Source: an uncultured Rickettsia sp. (GTDB lineage: Bacteria > Pseudomonadota > Alphaproteobacteria > Rickettsiales > UBA1997). From it: a stretch of DNA of 64,000 nucleotides. Both the position numbers and the translations under genes were made by a program. Below are positions 28,295 to 37,881 of this stretch, in pieces. Positions within the stretch are counted from its first letter, which is position 1, and every line of letters begins with the position of its first letter. The notes below the pieces were generated by a model. The model was given only the letters and a program-made list of their open reading frames with translations, was not told the origin of the DNA and did not search any database. Location: contig CAZDGN010000001.1 in the NCBI GenBank assembly GCA_964505265.1, positions 86,767 to 150,766 on the forward strand, in the 5' to 3' direction.

Positions 28295-29407
28295 ATGAAA
28301 ATTCTAGCTTTAAAAGATACAAACTCTCAAGAGAAACGAGTGGCAATAACACCTGATGTAGTTGGTAAATATCAAAAATTTGGTTTTCAAGTTTTTATCG
28401 AATCTGATGCTGGAAAAAATGCTTTTTTTACTAATGCTGATTTCGAAAAGTCTGGTGCAAAAATTGTAAAAAATATCAATGAAGTAATTTCAGAAATTGA
28501 CATTGTGGTAAGTGTTCAAAATGTTGAATTTGATTATAGTAAACTTAAGGAAAATTCTAATATTATTTCGCTGGTAAATCCAGTTTTTAACAAAAATATT
28601 GTGCAAAAAATTGCTAATTTTAATGTTAATTTATTCGCTCTTGATTATCTTCCAAGAATAACTCGTGCTCAATCAATGGATGTGTTATCCTCACAAAGTA
28701 ACCTTGCAGGTTATAGAGCGGTAATTGATGCGGTTTACGAAACCTCAAAATCAGTGCCAATGATGATCACTTCAGCAGGAACAATTTCGGCATCAAAATT
28801 TTTAATAATTGGTGCAGGTGTGGCGGGTCTTCAAGCCATTGCTACCGCCAAAAGATTGGGTGCTATTGTTAGTGCTTTTGATGTTCGCTCTTCGGCAAAA
28901 GAGCAAGTTCAAAGTTTGGGTGGAAAATTCATTGAGGTTAAAACCGATGAAAAAACTGATGGGGTATATGCCACTGAAATGTCGGAAGAGTATAGAGTTA
29001 AGCAAAAAGAACTATTGGCAGAAACTTTAAAAACTCAAGATGTAGTTATTTCAACCGCTTTAATTCCAAATAAAAAAGCTCCAATCTTAATAACTAAGGA
29101 AATGGTTGATCTAATGAAGCCCAATTCAATAATCATTGATTTAGCTAGTGCTAACGGCGGAAATTGTGAATTAACTAAGATTAATCAAATTATAGAACAT
29201 AATGATGTTAAGATTTTTGGTTACGAAAATTATCCAAGTCGAATTCCTTTTGAATCAAGTAAATTTTTTTCAAAAAATATCTTAAATTTTGTTGAGCTTT
29301 TAATTGATAAGAATAAAAATATTATAACCATAAATAACGAAGATGAAATTTTAAAATCAACTTTAATTTGTGCTAATAAAAATATTATCAACGAAAATCT
29401 AAGATAA
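28295..29407 (+). CDS. pntAA: NAD(P) transhydrogenase subunit alpha part 1 (dI domain)
   Basis: Contains [11 protein letters not shown] and the Rossmann motif [20 protein letters not shown]. Length is 370 aa. Confidence 0.88.
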   Translation: MKILALKDTNSQEKRVAITPDVVGKYQKFGFQVFIESDAGKNAFFTNADFEKSGAKIVKNINEVISEIDIVVSVQNVEFDYSKLKENSNIISLVNPVFNKNIVQKIANFNVNLFALDYLPRITRAQSMDVLSSQSNLAGYRAVIDAVYETSKSVPMMITSAGTISASKFLIIGAGVAGLQAIATAKRLGAIVSAFDVRSSAKEQVQSLGGKFIEVKTDEKTDGVYATEMSEEYRVKQKELLAETLKTQDVVISTALIPNKKAPILITKEMVDLMKPNSIIIDLASANGGNCELTKINQIIEHNDVKIFGYENYPSRIPFESSKFFSKNILNFVELLIDKNKNIITINNEDEILKSTLICANKNIINENLR

Positions 29408-29412
29408 AATTT

Positions 29413-31272
29413 ATGCAAGATCACGAAAATTCTATTTCTCCAAAATCATCAAAAAAAACAAAAAGTCATATGCCAATCAAACTTGATATACCCCATCCTG
29501 AAATTATGAAGCCAAAAATTATCATTTTTGGAGTTGGTGGAGCTGGAGGGAATGCCCTTAACAATATGATTCGCTCCAATCTTGAGGGTGTTGAGTTTGT
29601 CGCTGCAAACACTGATTCGCAAGCATTAACTAATTCGCTTACTCCAAATAGAATTCAACTTGGAGTAAAAACTACAAAAGGCTTAGGAGCTGGATCCTTT
29701 CCTGATCGTGGTAAACTTGCAGCTGAAGAAAATATCGAAGAAATTTCTAAATATATCGAAGATTGTCATATGGTTTTTATCGCTGCTGGAATGGGTGGTG
29801 GAACTGGAACTGGTGCAGCTCCTGTTATTGCAAAATTAGCCAGAGAACGTGAAATTTTAACTGTTGGTGTTGTCACTAAGCCATTTCATTTTGAAGGAAA
29901 ATATCGTATGGAAACGGCTGAGGTTGGTATTGAAGAATTAAAAAAATATGTAGACACTCTTATCGTTATTCCAAATCAAAATCTTTTTAGAATTGCCAAT
30001 GAAAGCACTACATTTGAGTCTGCTTTTAAAATGGCTGATGATGTCTTATATGCGGGGGTTAGGGGGGTTACAGATTTAATAACAATGCCTGGTTTAGTAA
30101 ATCTTGATTTCGCCGATATTCGTACTATTATGACTAAAATGGGTAAAGCAATGATGGGAACTGGCGAAGCCACGGGTGAAAATCGAGCTATATTGGCATG
30201 CGAGGCGGCAATTGCTAATCCATTGCTTGATGATATTTCAATAAAAGGTGCTAAGGGAGTTTTGGTCAATATGACGGGTGGACCCGATATGACCTTATTT
30301 GAAGCGGATATGGCAGTCAATGCAATTCGCAAGGAAGTTGATCAAAATGCTAATATAATTTTTGGTTCAGCCTTTGACGAAAATATGAAAGGCAGAATTA
30401 GAATCTCGGTTGTTGCCACTGGCATTGATAGTGAAGAATTTCGTCGTGATCACCAAAAAAAAGAGGTTCACGAACCTTCAAGATTTAGAGCAGTTGTTCC
30501 TGAAGCCATCAATCACAATGTTAATAAAAGTTTTTTTGACCCAGGTATTTCCGCTAAGCCTCAAAAAACCGAAATTGATGAAATTAGTGATGAAAATTTC
30601 AAGCCAAAAAAAACCTATGTCCGTGAAGAAAATTTTGATCATCATTTTGAAGCTAAGGCTAAATCCCATCAAGAAGAAAAACATAATAAGAGCTCATTAT
30701 TTAATAATATTAACGAAGAAAGTTTCGATGACAATGAAGAGCAAGAAGATATTTCCTATGAAATTGAAACACCAAAAATTCTTAAAAATACTGAAAAATC
30801 TAACGAAAAACATCGACATAAAAATGAAACTGAGGCTGAAGTTGAGGATGAAGATAATAATCGTAAAACAGCAAAACACCATTATGAATCGCATGAAAAG
30901 CCGCAAAAAACTTCCAAAGTTTCAAGAGCTAGCAAAAGAGAAAGATCCAGAAAAGAATCTGGTTTTAGCCTTTTTAGCTTTATGAATAAAGAAAAAAGTG
31001 AACCAGAAATCTCAGATGATGACCATCATAACAATGATAAACATATTAAAAATAATATTTTTAGCGATTCGCATAAAATTGATATTGAGCACGAACATTC
31101 AAAAAAACATCATGAAGAATCATCAACTCATAATGTTAAGAATGAAGCAGATAAAAAGCGTCAGCAATTTTTTGGTGGAACCGTCTTTGACGAAGAAAAT
31201 GAAAGCAATTCTGAAGAAAAATTTGATGATGAAATTATCAATGTTCCGGCATTTTTTCGTCGCAAAAAATAA
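29413..31272 (+). CDS. ftsZ: Cell division protein FtsZ with a linker of about 260 aa
   Basis: Contains [10 protein letters not shown] and the tubulin signature [13 protein letters not shown]. The conserved C-terminal peptide is [15 protein letters not shown]. An alternative start at 29470 (MPIKLD…) is possible. Confidence 0.95.
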   Translation: MQDHENSISPKSSKKTKSHMPIKLDIPHPEIMKPKIIIFGVGGAGGNALNNMIRSNLEGVEFVAANTDSQALTNSLTPNRIQLGVKTTKGLGAGSFPDRGKLAAEENIEEISKYIEDCHMVFIAAGMGGGTGTGAAPVIAKLAREREILTVGVVTKPFHFEGKYRMETAEVGIEELKKYVDTLIVIPNQNLFRIANESTTFESAFKMADDVLYAGVRGVTDLITMPGLVNLDFADIRTIMTKMGKAMMGTGEATGENRAILACEAAIANPLLDDISIKGAKGVLVNMTGGPDMTLFEADMAVNAIRKEVDQNANIIFGSAFDENMKGRIRISVVATGIDSEEFRRDHQKKEVHEPSRFRAVVPEAINHNVNKSFFDPGISAKPQKTEIDEISDENFKPKKTYVREENFDHHFEAKAKSHQEEKHNKSSLFNNINEESFDDNEEQEDISYEIETPKILKNTEKSNEKHRHKNETEAEVEDEDNNRKTAKHHYESHEKPQKTSKVSRASKRERSRKESGFSLFSFMNKEKSEPEISDDDHHNNDKHIKNNIFSDSHKIDIEHEHSKKHHEESSTHNVKNEADKKRQQFFGGTVFDEENESNSEEKFDDEIINVPAFFRRKK

Positions 31273-31277
31273 TTTAT

Positions 31278-31907
31278 ATGACAAAAATTTATTTAATTTC
31301 TCCGCCTAAAATTGAAATTGATAAATTTTCTAAATCACTAAAAAATGCATTACAAACCAATAAAGTTGCGGTATTTCAGCTTAGACTTAAAGATTATCCT
31401 CAACATGTAATAAAAAATTATAGTAAAGAAATTAAAAAGATTTGCAATGATTATAATTGTCCATTTATTTTAAATGATTTTTATGAAATTGCTACCGAGC
31501 TTGGTTTATCGGGAGTTCATGTTGGTATTGATGATAATAAAATTAATGAAATACGTCAAAATTCCCCAGAAAATTTTGTTATTGGTGCCAGTTGTTACGA
31601 TTCTAGACATTTGGCAATGGAAGCGGGTGAAATCGGAGCTGATTACATTTCCTTTGGAGCTTTCTTTCCATCCAAAACCAAAAATTCTCGAGGCAAACCA
31701 ACGATTGAATTGTTGAATTGGGCAATTGAAATGCTTAATTTACCGATTGTTGGAATTGGTGGCATAAATCCAGATAATTGTGGTGAGTTGGTAAAAAATA
31801 AAATCGATTTTTTGGCAGTAATTTCTTGTATATGGGATAGGGTTGGTGCTGAGGATGTTGCAATTAATCAATTAGATCAAGCGATTGCAAAAAACCTTAT
31901 TTCCTAA
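31278..31907 (+). CDS. thiE: Thiamine-phosphate synthase
   Basis: 209 aa TMP-TENI fold. Contains VFQLRLKD, GVHVG and IVGIGGI. Confidence 0.88.
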   Translation: MTKIYLISPPKIEIDKFSKSLKNALQTNKVAVFQLRLKDYPQHVIKNYSKEIKKICNDYNCPFILNDFYEIATELGLSGVHVGIDDNKINEIRQNSPENFVIGASCYDSRHLAMEAGEIGADYISFGAFFPSKTKNSRGKPTIELLNWAIEMLNLPIVGIGGINPDNCGELVKNKIDFLAVISCIWDRVGAEDVAINQLDQAIAKNLIS

Positions 31908-32008
31908 AAATAGTTATTTTACTAAAATTAATCAAAAAAATAATGTAGGTGTGCAAGCCCTCGCGCTAAAGAGGGTAAAAATTTCCTCTGCCAAAATTAG
32001 CAATTACA

Positions 32009-32061
32009 TCACCCTCCCCGTGCGAGAGGGTAAAATTTTCTGCAAGAAAATTTTGGGAGGG
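32009..32061. repeat. Left arm of the main inverted repeat
   Basis: The sequence is TCACCCTCCCCGTGCGAGAGGGTAAAATTTTCTGCAAGAAAATTTTGGGAGGG. It matches the reverse complement of 32189-32249 in blocks of 13, 11 and 11 identical nt. Confidence 0.85.
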
Positions 32062-32188
32062 AGAATTTTGGTTTATCAAAGAAAATTTTGATATTTTAAA
32101 TTTAAAATTTTATAAAATTGAGTTTTAACCTAAGAAAATTACTTTATCAAATTATTTTATCTTTGGAGTTTTAAATTATAATCCTTTG

Positions 32189-32249
32189 CCCCTCCCAAAA
32201 TTTTTTTTGGTAAAAAAAATTTTTACCCTCTTAGCAACGGGGAGGGTGA
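32189..32249. repeat. Right arm of the main inverted repeat
   Basis: The sequence is CCCCTCCCAAAATTTTTTTTGGTAAAAAAAATTTTTACCCTCTTAGCAACGGGGAGGGTGA. Confidence 0.85.
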
Positions 32250-32402
32250 TGAGACCGCTAATTTTCCCCTGTCGCTAAATGGAGAATCTTTTAAAAAAAA
32301 TTATCCCTAATAGTAAATAAAACTAAAATAATAAAAAATAACTAATAATAATATAAATAATATATCTTGACATATAATAATATTAATATAACGTAAATAA
32401 TA

Positions 32403-32433
32403 TGTATTTGTAATAATAAATATTACAAATGCA
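32403..32433. promoter_or_regulatory. 13-bp-arm inverted repeat upstream of the small ORF (candidate operator or RNA hairpin)
   Basis: TGTATTTGTAATA-ataaa-TATTACAAATGCA has one mismatch and lies 31 nt upstream of the ATG at 32464. Confidence 0.2.
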
Positions 32434-32463
32434 TAATTAGTATTAACAAATAATTATATAAAT

Positions 32464-32694
32464 ATGATAAATCTATATTTAGAAAAAATTTTAAGATCTC
32501 CAAGTGAAGATAATGCTGGAACAAATCCAGAATCAACTCCAACTACTCCTGGCCAAGCTACTGCAACTCCTCCAACTACTCCAAGAGATCAAATCGTTCC
32601 ATTGAGACCATCAAATGCTCCAGTTCCGGGTGCTCCTGATATAACTGGCGGGAGAACAGCAAATCCAACTTTAGGTGTTGGACAAAGAGGTTAA
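32464..32694 (+). CDS. Hypothetical Pro/Thr-rich small protein (76 aa)
   Basis: The ORF is clearly more GC-rich than its surroundings. It reads MINLYLEKILRSPSEDNAGTNPESTPTTPGQATATPPTTPRDQIVPLRPSNAPVPGAPDITGGRTANPTLGVGQRG. I recognise no family. Confidence 0.35.
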   Translation: MINLYLEKILRSPSEDNAGTNPESTPTTPGQATATPPTTPRDQIVPLRPSNAPVPGAPDITGGRTANPTLGVGQRG

Positions 32695-32742
32695 TTTCAA
32701 ATACTAATTTATACCATTTGGTTTTAAAAATTAGAAATAAAA

Positions 32743-33996
32743 TTAATTAAATTCTTTAAGAATTTTTTCAATTGCCGAGAAAATATTTCTTAACTCGGCA
32801 ATTGAAATTGAAAGCGATGGCATCACATAAATTACATTACCAAATGGGCGTAAAAAAACATTTTTTTCAATAAAACTCAAGCGCATTTTTTTAATTTCTT
32901 CCCAGTTAGTGTCAATTTCAATAACAGCAATAGCCCCGATAAATCTGACCTCAAGAACTTTCTTGTATTTTTTAAATTTTGGTAAATTTTTGCAAAAAAA
33001 CTTCTCAATAATTTTTACTTTTCGCTCATAATCAATTTGTTCAAATAAATCAAGCGAAGCATTGGCACAAGCACAGGCGAGAGCATTGCCCATAAAAGTC
33101 GGGCCATGCATTAGAGCTTGATTTAAGTCATCGCTGTAAAATTTTGTAAAAATTTCGTCAGTGATTAAAGTTGATGATAAGCCCATATAGCCAGCAGTTA
33201 AAGCCTTACCCACTAACAAAATATCGGGCTTATATTTGCTATGCATAAAAGCAAATTTTTTGCCTGTCCGATAGAAGCCTGTAGCACATTCATCAACAAT
33301 GGTAATGATGTTATACTTTTTGGCAATTTCAAAAATTTTGTCGAGGGTTTTGACATTATGAAATTTCATTCCTCCAGCACATTGCACAAGTGGTTCAATA
33401 AAAATTCCAGCAATTTGCGAATGATTTTTGGCAATAAAATTTTCAAACTTGACAAAATCATTCTCGTTTGCAGGTAATTTATGGCAAAAATTTTCTATTA
33501 AGTAGCCAGAAAATTTTTTATGCATCCCGCTTTGTAAATCGGCTAGAGACATTGCCCCCGTTGTATCACCGTGATAAGAATTTTTGAAAGAAACAAATTT
33601 TTTCTTTAAATTGTTGCCTGAATTTAAATAATATTGCCACGAAATTTTCATTGCCACCTCAACTGCTGTTGAGCCTGAATCGGAAAAAAATACCTTATCC
33701 ATTTCGCAAAAATTAGCTAAGCGATAAGCCAATTTATAAGTGGATTCATTGGCAAATCCGGCAAGCATCAAATGGGGTATTTGCTTTAATTGCTGCCTAA
33801 TCTTTTTATCAATATATGGGTGGTTATAGCCATGGGAAACCGCCCACCACGAGGAAATGCCGTCGATTAATTTTTGTCCATTTTTTAAATAAATTTTGGT
33901 GCCTTTGGTTTTTATTGCCTCAAGTTGCGGCAAGTGATTGAGCATAGGTGTATAGGGAAGCCAAATGTGTTTTTTACCTAATTCAAAATAATTCAT
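32743..33996 (-). CDS. bioA: Adenosylmethionine-8-amino-7-oxononanoate aminotransferase
   Basis: Class III aminotransferase. Contains HIWLPYTPM, VDECATGFYRTGK and LVGKALTAGY (PLP Lys). Confidence 0.9.
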   Translation of the reverse strand: MNYFELGKKHIWLPYTPMLNHLPQLEAIKTKGTKIYLKNGQKLIDGISSWWAVSHGYNHPYIDKKIRQQLKQIPHLMLAGFANESTYKLAYRLANFCEMDKVFFSDSGSTAVEVAMKISWQYYLNSGNNLKKKFVSFKNSYHGDTTGAMSLADLQSGMHKKFSGYLIENFCHKLPANENDFVKFENFIAKNHSQIAGIFIEPLVQCAGGMKFHNVKTLDKIFEIAKKYNIITIVDECATGFYRTGKKFAFMHSKYKPDILLVGKALTAGYMGLSSTLITDEIFTKFYSDDLNQALMHGPTFMGNALACACANASLDLFEQIDYERKVKIIEKFFCKNLPKFKKYKKVLEVRFIGAIAVIEIDTNWEEIKKMRLSFIEKNVFLRPFGNVIYVMPSLSISIAELRNIFSAIEKILKEFN

Positions 33997-34008
33997 AATT
34001 TAATATTG

Positions 34009-34761
34009 CTAATTGGGATTAACATATTTTTGAACTTCTTTACTCCAATAATTTCTGGGATATTTTTCTTGCAATGCAAGGGCTAGTTCAGTGGAAAAAT
34101 CTTTAAATCCAATTCTAAAATAAATTTCTGCTAATCTAAAATATGCTTCTGGAACTTGATTGCTTTTGCCTTGTCTTGTAATCACATGATTAAGATTTTT
34201 AATGGCCCCAATGTAATTTTCTACCGACATTTGATATCGTGCAATTGACATTCTTGATCCTGCTAAATGCTCATCAACAAAATCAAGTTTGCTTTTAGCA
34301 TCAACACTATATTCACTATCTGGATATCTTGCAATAAGTTCACGAAAAGCATAAGAAGCCTCTTTAGTATAATCTTGAGCTCTTTCAATTGAGGGTATTT
34401 TGTGATAAAATGCTAATGATTTCATATATAAAACATAAGGATTATATTCGCTATTTGGGACTGCCCGAATAAAATCATCGGTGATTTGAATAATTTTGTC
34501 ATATTCATTTAATTTATAATTACAATAAATCGCCATAACCTTGCCTTTTATCGCCCATTTTGAAAGCGGAAATTCTTCATCAATTTTTTCAAATGCTTCG
34601 CCAGCCATCATATAATCTTTGTCTTTAAGCATTTCGAAGGCTTTGTAATAAAGATATTGGGCACTATTTTCTGGCTCAACCTTTTTGCAAGAAAATAAAG
34701 AAAAACCTAAAATCAAAATTAAAAATATATTGCCTAAAAACTTACCGGAAAAAATTTTCAT
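34009..34761 (-). CDS. bamD: Outer membrane protein assembly factor BamD
   Basis: Lipobox FSLFSC followed by TPR-like repeats (YLYYKAFEMLKDKDYMMAGEAFEKIDEEFPLSKWA). Confidence 0.85.
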   Translation of the reverse strand: MKIFSGKFLGNIFLILILGFSLFSCKKVEPENSAQYLYYKAFEMLKDKDYMMAGEAFEKIDEEFPLSKWAIKGKVMAIYCNYKLNEYDKIIQITDDFIRAVPNSEYNPYVLYMKSLAFYHKIPSIERAQDYTKEASYAFRELIARYPDSEYSVDAKSKLDFVDEHLAGSRMSIARYQMSVENYIGAIKNLNHVITRQGKSNQVPEAYFRLAEIYFRIGFKDFSTELALALQEKYPRNYWSKEVQKYVNPN

Positions 34762-36050
34762 TGGCGAATATCAATTGAAAGTTGGTGGGCACTAAGACCT
34801 TCGCATTTAGCTAAAATTGAGGTCGCTTTATTAATTTTATTAAACGATTTTTGGTCACATGAAATTAAGGAAATTCTTTTTAAAAAATCATAAACAGATA
34901 ATCCGCTGGAAAATCTGGCTGTGCTTGATGTTGGTAAAGTATGACTTGGACCCGCCATATAATCACCAATAGCTTCTGGAGTATAATTTCCAAGAAAAAT
35001 TGCACCAGCATTATGTATTTGTGATAAAATTTCTTTGGAATTTTTGGTGCAAATCTCTAAATGTTCTGGAGCAATGAAATTGGCTATAATGCTAGCTTCA
35101 TCAAGGTTTTTAATAATAAAGATTGCAGAATTTTTTAAGGATTTTTTAATTATTTCGTTTCGTGGTAAGGTTGGAGCAAATTTATTAATCGCGGTTATAA
35201 TTTTATCGGCAAAATTAATTTTATCAGTTATAATAAAGGCTTTCGAATCTGGACCATGTTCGAGTTGAGATAAGGCATCAATAGCTATCCACTCAGGCTT
35301 TGCAGTTTCATCTGCGATTATGGTTATATCAGTTGGTCCTGCGATCATGTCGATACCAACTTGGCCATACAGCATTTTTTTTGCCAAAGCAACATAGCTG
35401 TTACCGGGGCCGACGATTTTATCTACTTTAGCAATAGATTCAGTGCCAAAAGCCATTGAAGCAATTGCTTGGGCGCCACCAATCAGATGAATTTTTTCAA
35501 TTTCACAAATTTTGGCACAATATAAAATTGCTGGATTGATTGCACCTTTTTGCGAAGGGGCAAAAATTGAAATTTCCTTAACTCCTGCACATTTGGCGGG
35601 TAAAACCGACATTAAAAATGAACTTGGGTAAGATGCAGTTCCACCAGGAACGTAAACACCAACTTTTTCAATTGGTTTCCAAATATTTCCAAGTTTTACC
35701 CCAGATTTATCTCGATAATTGAAGTCTTTAGGAAGTTGTTTTTGGTGATATGCAATAATTCGATTTTTTGCCAATTTCAAACTTTCTTTAACTTCAGAAT
35801 TAATTAATTTTTCTGAATTTTTAATGGTGTTTTTTTCAAGAATTAGGTCAGAAATATTTTTAGCTTTAGTGCCATCAAATTTGTTGGTAAAATTCAAGAC
35901 CGCTTGGTCTTTATCTTGTTTTACTGCCTCAATAATTTCTTGGACTTTGTTGGAAATTTCGGCAATATCAACATTGAAATTTTTAACAAAATTTTGCCAA
36001 TCTAGGTTTTTTGATTTTTTAATATTTTGTGAAATAATTATTTTTTGCAT
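34758..36050 (-). CDS. hisD: Histidinol dehydrogenase
   Basis: Contains QLEHGPDS, APEHLEI and GDYMAGPSHTLPT. Length is 430 aa. Confidence 0.95.
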   Translation of the reverse strand: MQKIIISQNIKKSKNLDWQNFVKNFNVDIAEISNKVQEIIEAVKQDKDQAVLNFTNKFDGTKAKNISDLILEKNTIKNSEKLINSEVKESLKLAKNRIIAYHQKQLPKDFNYRDKSGVKLGNIWKPIEKVGVYVPGGTASYPSSFLMSVLPAKCAGVKEISIFAPSQKGAINPAILYCAKICEIEKIHLIGGAQAIASMAFGTESIAKVDKIVGPGNSYVALAKKMLYGQVGIDMIAGPTDITIIADETAKPEWIAIDALSQLEHGPDSKAFIITDKINFADKIITAINKFAPTLPRNEIIKKSLKNSAIFIIKNLDEASIIANFIAPEHLEICTKNSKEILSQIHNAGAIFLGNYTPEAIGDYMAGPSHTLPTSSTARFSSGLSVYDFLKRISLISCDQKSFNKINKATSILAKCEGLSAHQLSIDIRQ

Positions 36051-36583
36051 TATTTGGCTAAAATGATTTTATAATTTGGTTGAATTTGAAACTTATCGGT
36101 AATTCCAGCATTTAATTCTAGAACTGCTATTGACTGACGTTTGTGAGAAATTGTTTCCAAAGAAAACGGAGTGGCATTTTTGTGAATATGATTTATTTTA
36201 TATTCTTGATCTAAAAAAATCATATCAAGTGGGATTTTGGTATTTTTCATCCACATTTCAATTTTTTGTGGATAATTTTTTATAAATAACATACCATATT
36301 CCATCGGAAGATAATCCAAATTCATTAATCCATTAATTTGCTTATCTGGTGTGTCGGCAATGGCTATATAAAACTCGGCAATTTTTTGATTTAATTCGTT
36401 TAATATTAAAATTTTTTGATTATAATTTTTAAGATTGCTATTAAATTCAATATTGATTTTTTCGGTTTTAGCATTAATTTTTTTGGCATTACAAATTTTA
36501 ACTTTAGTAAATAAAACCAACAAAAATATAACGAAAATAAAACTAAAAATGTTAAGAATTTTTTTTAATTGTAGGGTTTTCAT
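36050..36583 (-). CDS. DUF192-family secreted protein
   Basis: Signal peptide, then MEYGMLFI…MWMKNTKIPLDMIFLD…AVLELNAG. Confidence 0.75.
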   Translation of the reverse strand: MKTLQLKKILNIFSFIFVIFLLVLFTKVKICNAKKINAKTEKINIEFNSNLKNYNQKILILNELNQKIAEFYIAIADTPDKQINGLMNLDYLPMEYGMLFIKNYPQKIEMWMKNTKIPLDMIFLDQEYKINHIHKNATPFSLETISHKRQSIAVLELNAGITDKFQIQPNYKIILAK

Positions 36584-37151
36584 AAAATTATTTTATCTAA
36601 TTATTATTTTTTTGCTTGGTCAAAATTTGCAAGTTCCAAATTCTTATGCCAATAATAATTCAAAAAAAAATAAATCTCAAATTAAAATAAAAGCTGAAAT
36701 TTTTGATATCAAACAAAATAATCAAAAAATTGATTTAATAAATAATGTTATTATCGAAAAAGACGATATTTCATTACTTTCTGACAAAATGGAAATTATT
36801 TATCAAGACATTAAAAAAAACGATTTAAACAATAGCTCTAAAATCAAAGAAATCAAGGCTATAAACAATGTAAAAATGTTCAACAGTGAATTCGTTGCCA
36901 GTTCGCAAATTGGCATTTATGACCCGAAAAAAAACATTTTTATTTTGAAAAAAAATGTTATTGTTAATAGCGGAACATCGATTGCAACTGGCGAAGAATT
37001 CATCTATGATTTAAATATTAAAAAAGGGTTTTTTTCTGGTAATAAAAAAACTACTTCAAATTCCTTAGGTCAAGATAAAATTGACGATAGAGTCACTGTT
37101 ATAATTGGTTCTGACATTAACGAACAAGTTAAAAATTTTAAAAAAGAATAA
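36549..37151 (+). CDS. lptA: LPS transport periplasmic protein LptA (OstA-like)
   Basis: Signal peptide is [34 protein letters not shown]. An OstA-type beta-jellyroll pattern follows ([10 protein letters not shown]…[21 protein letters not shown]), and the gene directly precedes lptB. I trimmed the track start (36435) to the ATG at 36549. The true start is uncertain. Confidence 0.72.
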   Translation: MLRIFFNCRVFIKLFYLIIIFLLGQNLQVPNSYANNNSKKNKSQIKIKAEIFDIKQNNQKIDLINNVIIEKDDISLLSDKMEIIYQDIKKNDLNNSSKIKEIKAINNVKMFNSEFVASSQIGIYDPKKNIFILKKNVIVNSGTSIATGEEFIYDLNIKKGFFSGNKKTTSNSLGQDKIDDRVTVIIGSDINEQVKNFKKE

Positions 37152-37153
37152 CT

Positions 37154-37879
37154 ATGCATAAAATTTTATCAGCCAAAAATTTATCGAAATCATACGGAAA
37201 AAAACAAGTTCTTCGTGACATTTCTATAAATCTAAAACAGGGCGAGGCCGTTGCCTTACTTGGTCCAAATGGAGCAGGAAAAACCACAAGTTTTTACATG
37301 ATTGTTGGCATTGTAAAGCCAGATAGTGGAGAAATTTCCATTGATGAATATAATATTACTAATTTGGCAATTCATCAGCGAGCCAAACTTGGAATCGGCT
37401 ATTTACCTCAAGAGGCATCAATTTTTCGTGGATTAAATGTTGAAGATAATATTATGGCAGTGCTAGAAATTGTTGAATCCAGCCCAAAGATTAGGCAACA
37501 CAAGCTGGAAAGTTTATTACAGGAATTTTCGATTTCTCATATTCGTAAATCTCATGCTTTAGCGTTATCGGGTGGTGAAAGAAGGCGAACTGAAATTGCT
37601 CGAGCCTTAGCCAATGATCCAGCCTTTATCTTGCTTGATGAGCCCTTTGCTGGTGTTGACCCTATTGCGGTAAATGATATTAGGCAAATGGTGTCGCATT
37701 TAAAGCAACGTGGAATTGGAGTATTAATTACTGATCACAATGTTCGTGAAACCCTATCAATTGTGGATCGAGCCTATATTGTTTATGATGGTAATATTTT
37801 ATTTTCCGGCACAAAAGACGAAATTATCAACAATCCAGAAGTGCGTCGAGTTTATTTAGGACAAGATTTTAATTTTTAA
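37154..37879 (+). CDS. lptB: LPS export ABC transporter ATP-binding protein
   Basis: Walker A is GPNGAGKTT, the signature motif is LSGGERRR and Walker B is [12 protein letters not shown]. Confidence 0.95.
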   Translation: MHKILSAKNLSKSYGKKQVLRDISINLKQGEAVALLGPNGAGKTTSFYMIVGIVKPDSGEISIDEYNITNLAIHQRAKLGIGYLPQEASIFRGLNVEDNIMAVLEIVESSPKIRQHKLESLLQEFSISHIRKSHALALSGGERRRTEIARALANDPAFILLDEPFAGVDPIAVNDIRQMVSHLKQRGIGVLITDHNVRETLSIVDRAYIVYDGNILFSGTKDEIINNPEVRRVYLGQDFNF

Positions 37880-37881
37880 AA

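Larger units (their letters stand above)
31957..32285. repeat. Nested cluster of GC-rich hairpin units arranged as a large imperfect palindrome (REP/MITE-like)
   Basis: The unit is roughly CCCTC-N8-11-GAGGG followed by TAAAA(A)TTTT. Copies lie at about 31962-31985, 32012-32040 and 32225-32247 (inverted), with a weaker one at 32267-32285. Outer AAAATTAGC (31993-32001) pairs with GCTAATTTT (32257-32265). Confidence 0.8.

Noticed and set aside
30410-30985. 191-aa plus-strand ORF in an alternative frame inside ftsZ, together with the 68-69-aa minus-strand ORFs at 30478-30906
   Set aside because: They lie entirely within the low-complexity A/G-rich FtsZ linker. Their Lys/Ile-rich translations are typical frame artefacts of AT-rich repeats, and they have no independent start context.
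31885-32091. 68-aa ORF overlapping the thiE 3' end and the GC-rich repeats
   Set aside because: The reading frame is created by the palindromic repeat units themselves (…ALALKRVKISS…LPVREGKIF…). The same units occur in the opposite orientation downstream, so this is repeat DNA rather than a gene.
32367-32395. TTGACA at 32367-32372 as a -35 box for the small ORF
   Set aside because: No acceptable -10 hexamer lies at 16-18-nt spacing. The nearest TATAAC is only 14 nt away, and TA-rich hexamers are ubiquitous here.
36435-36548. 5' extensions proposed by the ORF track for lptA. The same applies to bioD (58123), purN (55805), coq7 (41798), map (41807), cimA-like (48488), murF (50948) and the PfkB kinase (51966).
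   Set aside because: The extensions overlap the preceding gene by 27-74 nt and add residues absent from homolog N-termini. Internal ATGs sit 0-4 nt from the upstream stop, matching the packing seen elsewhere in the window.
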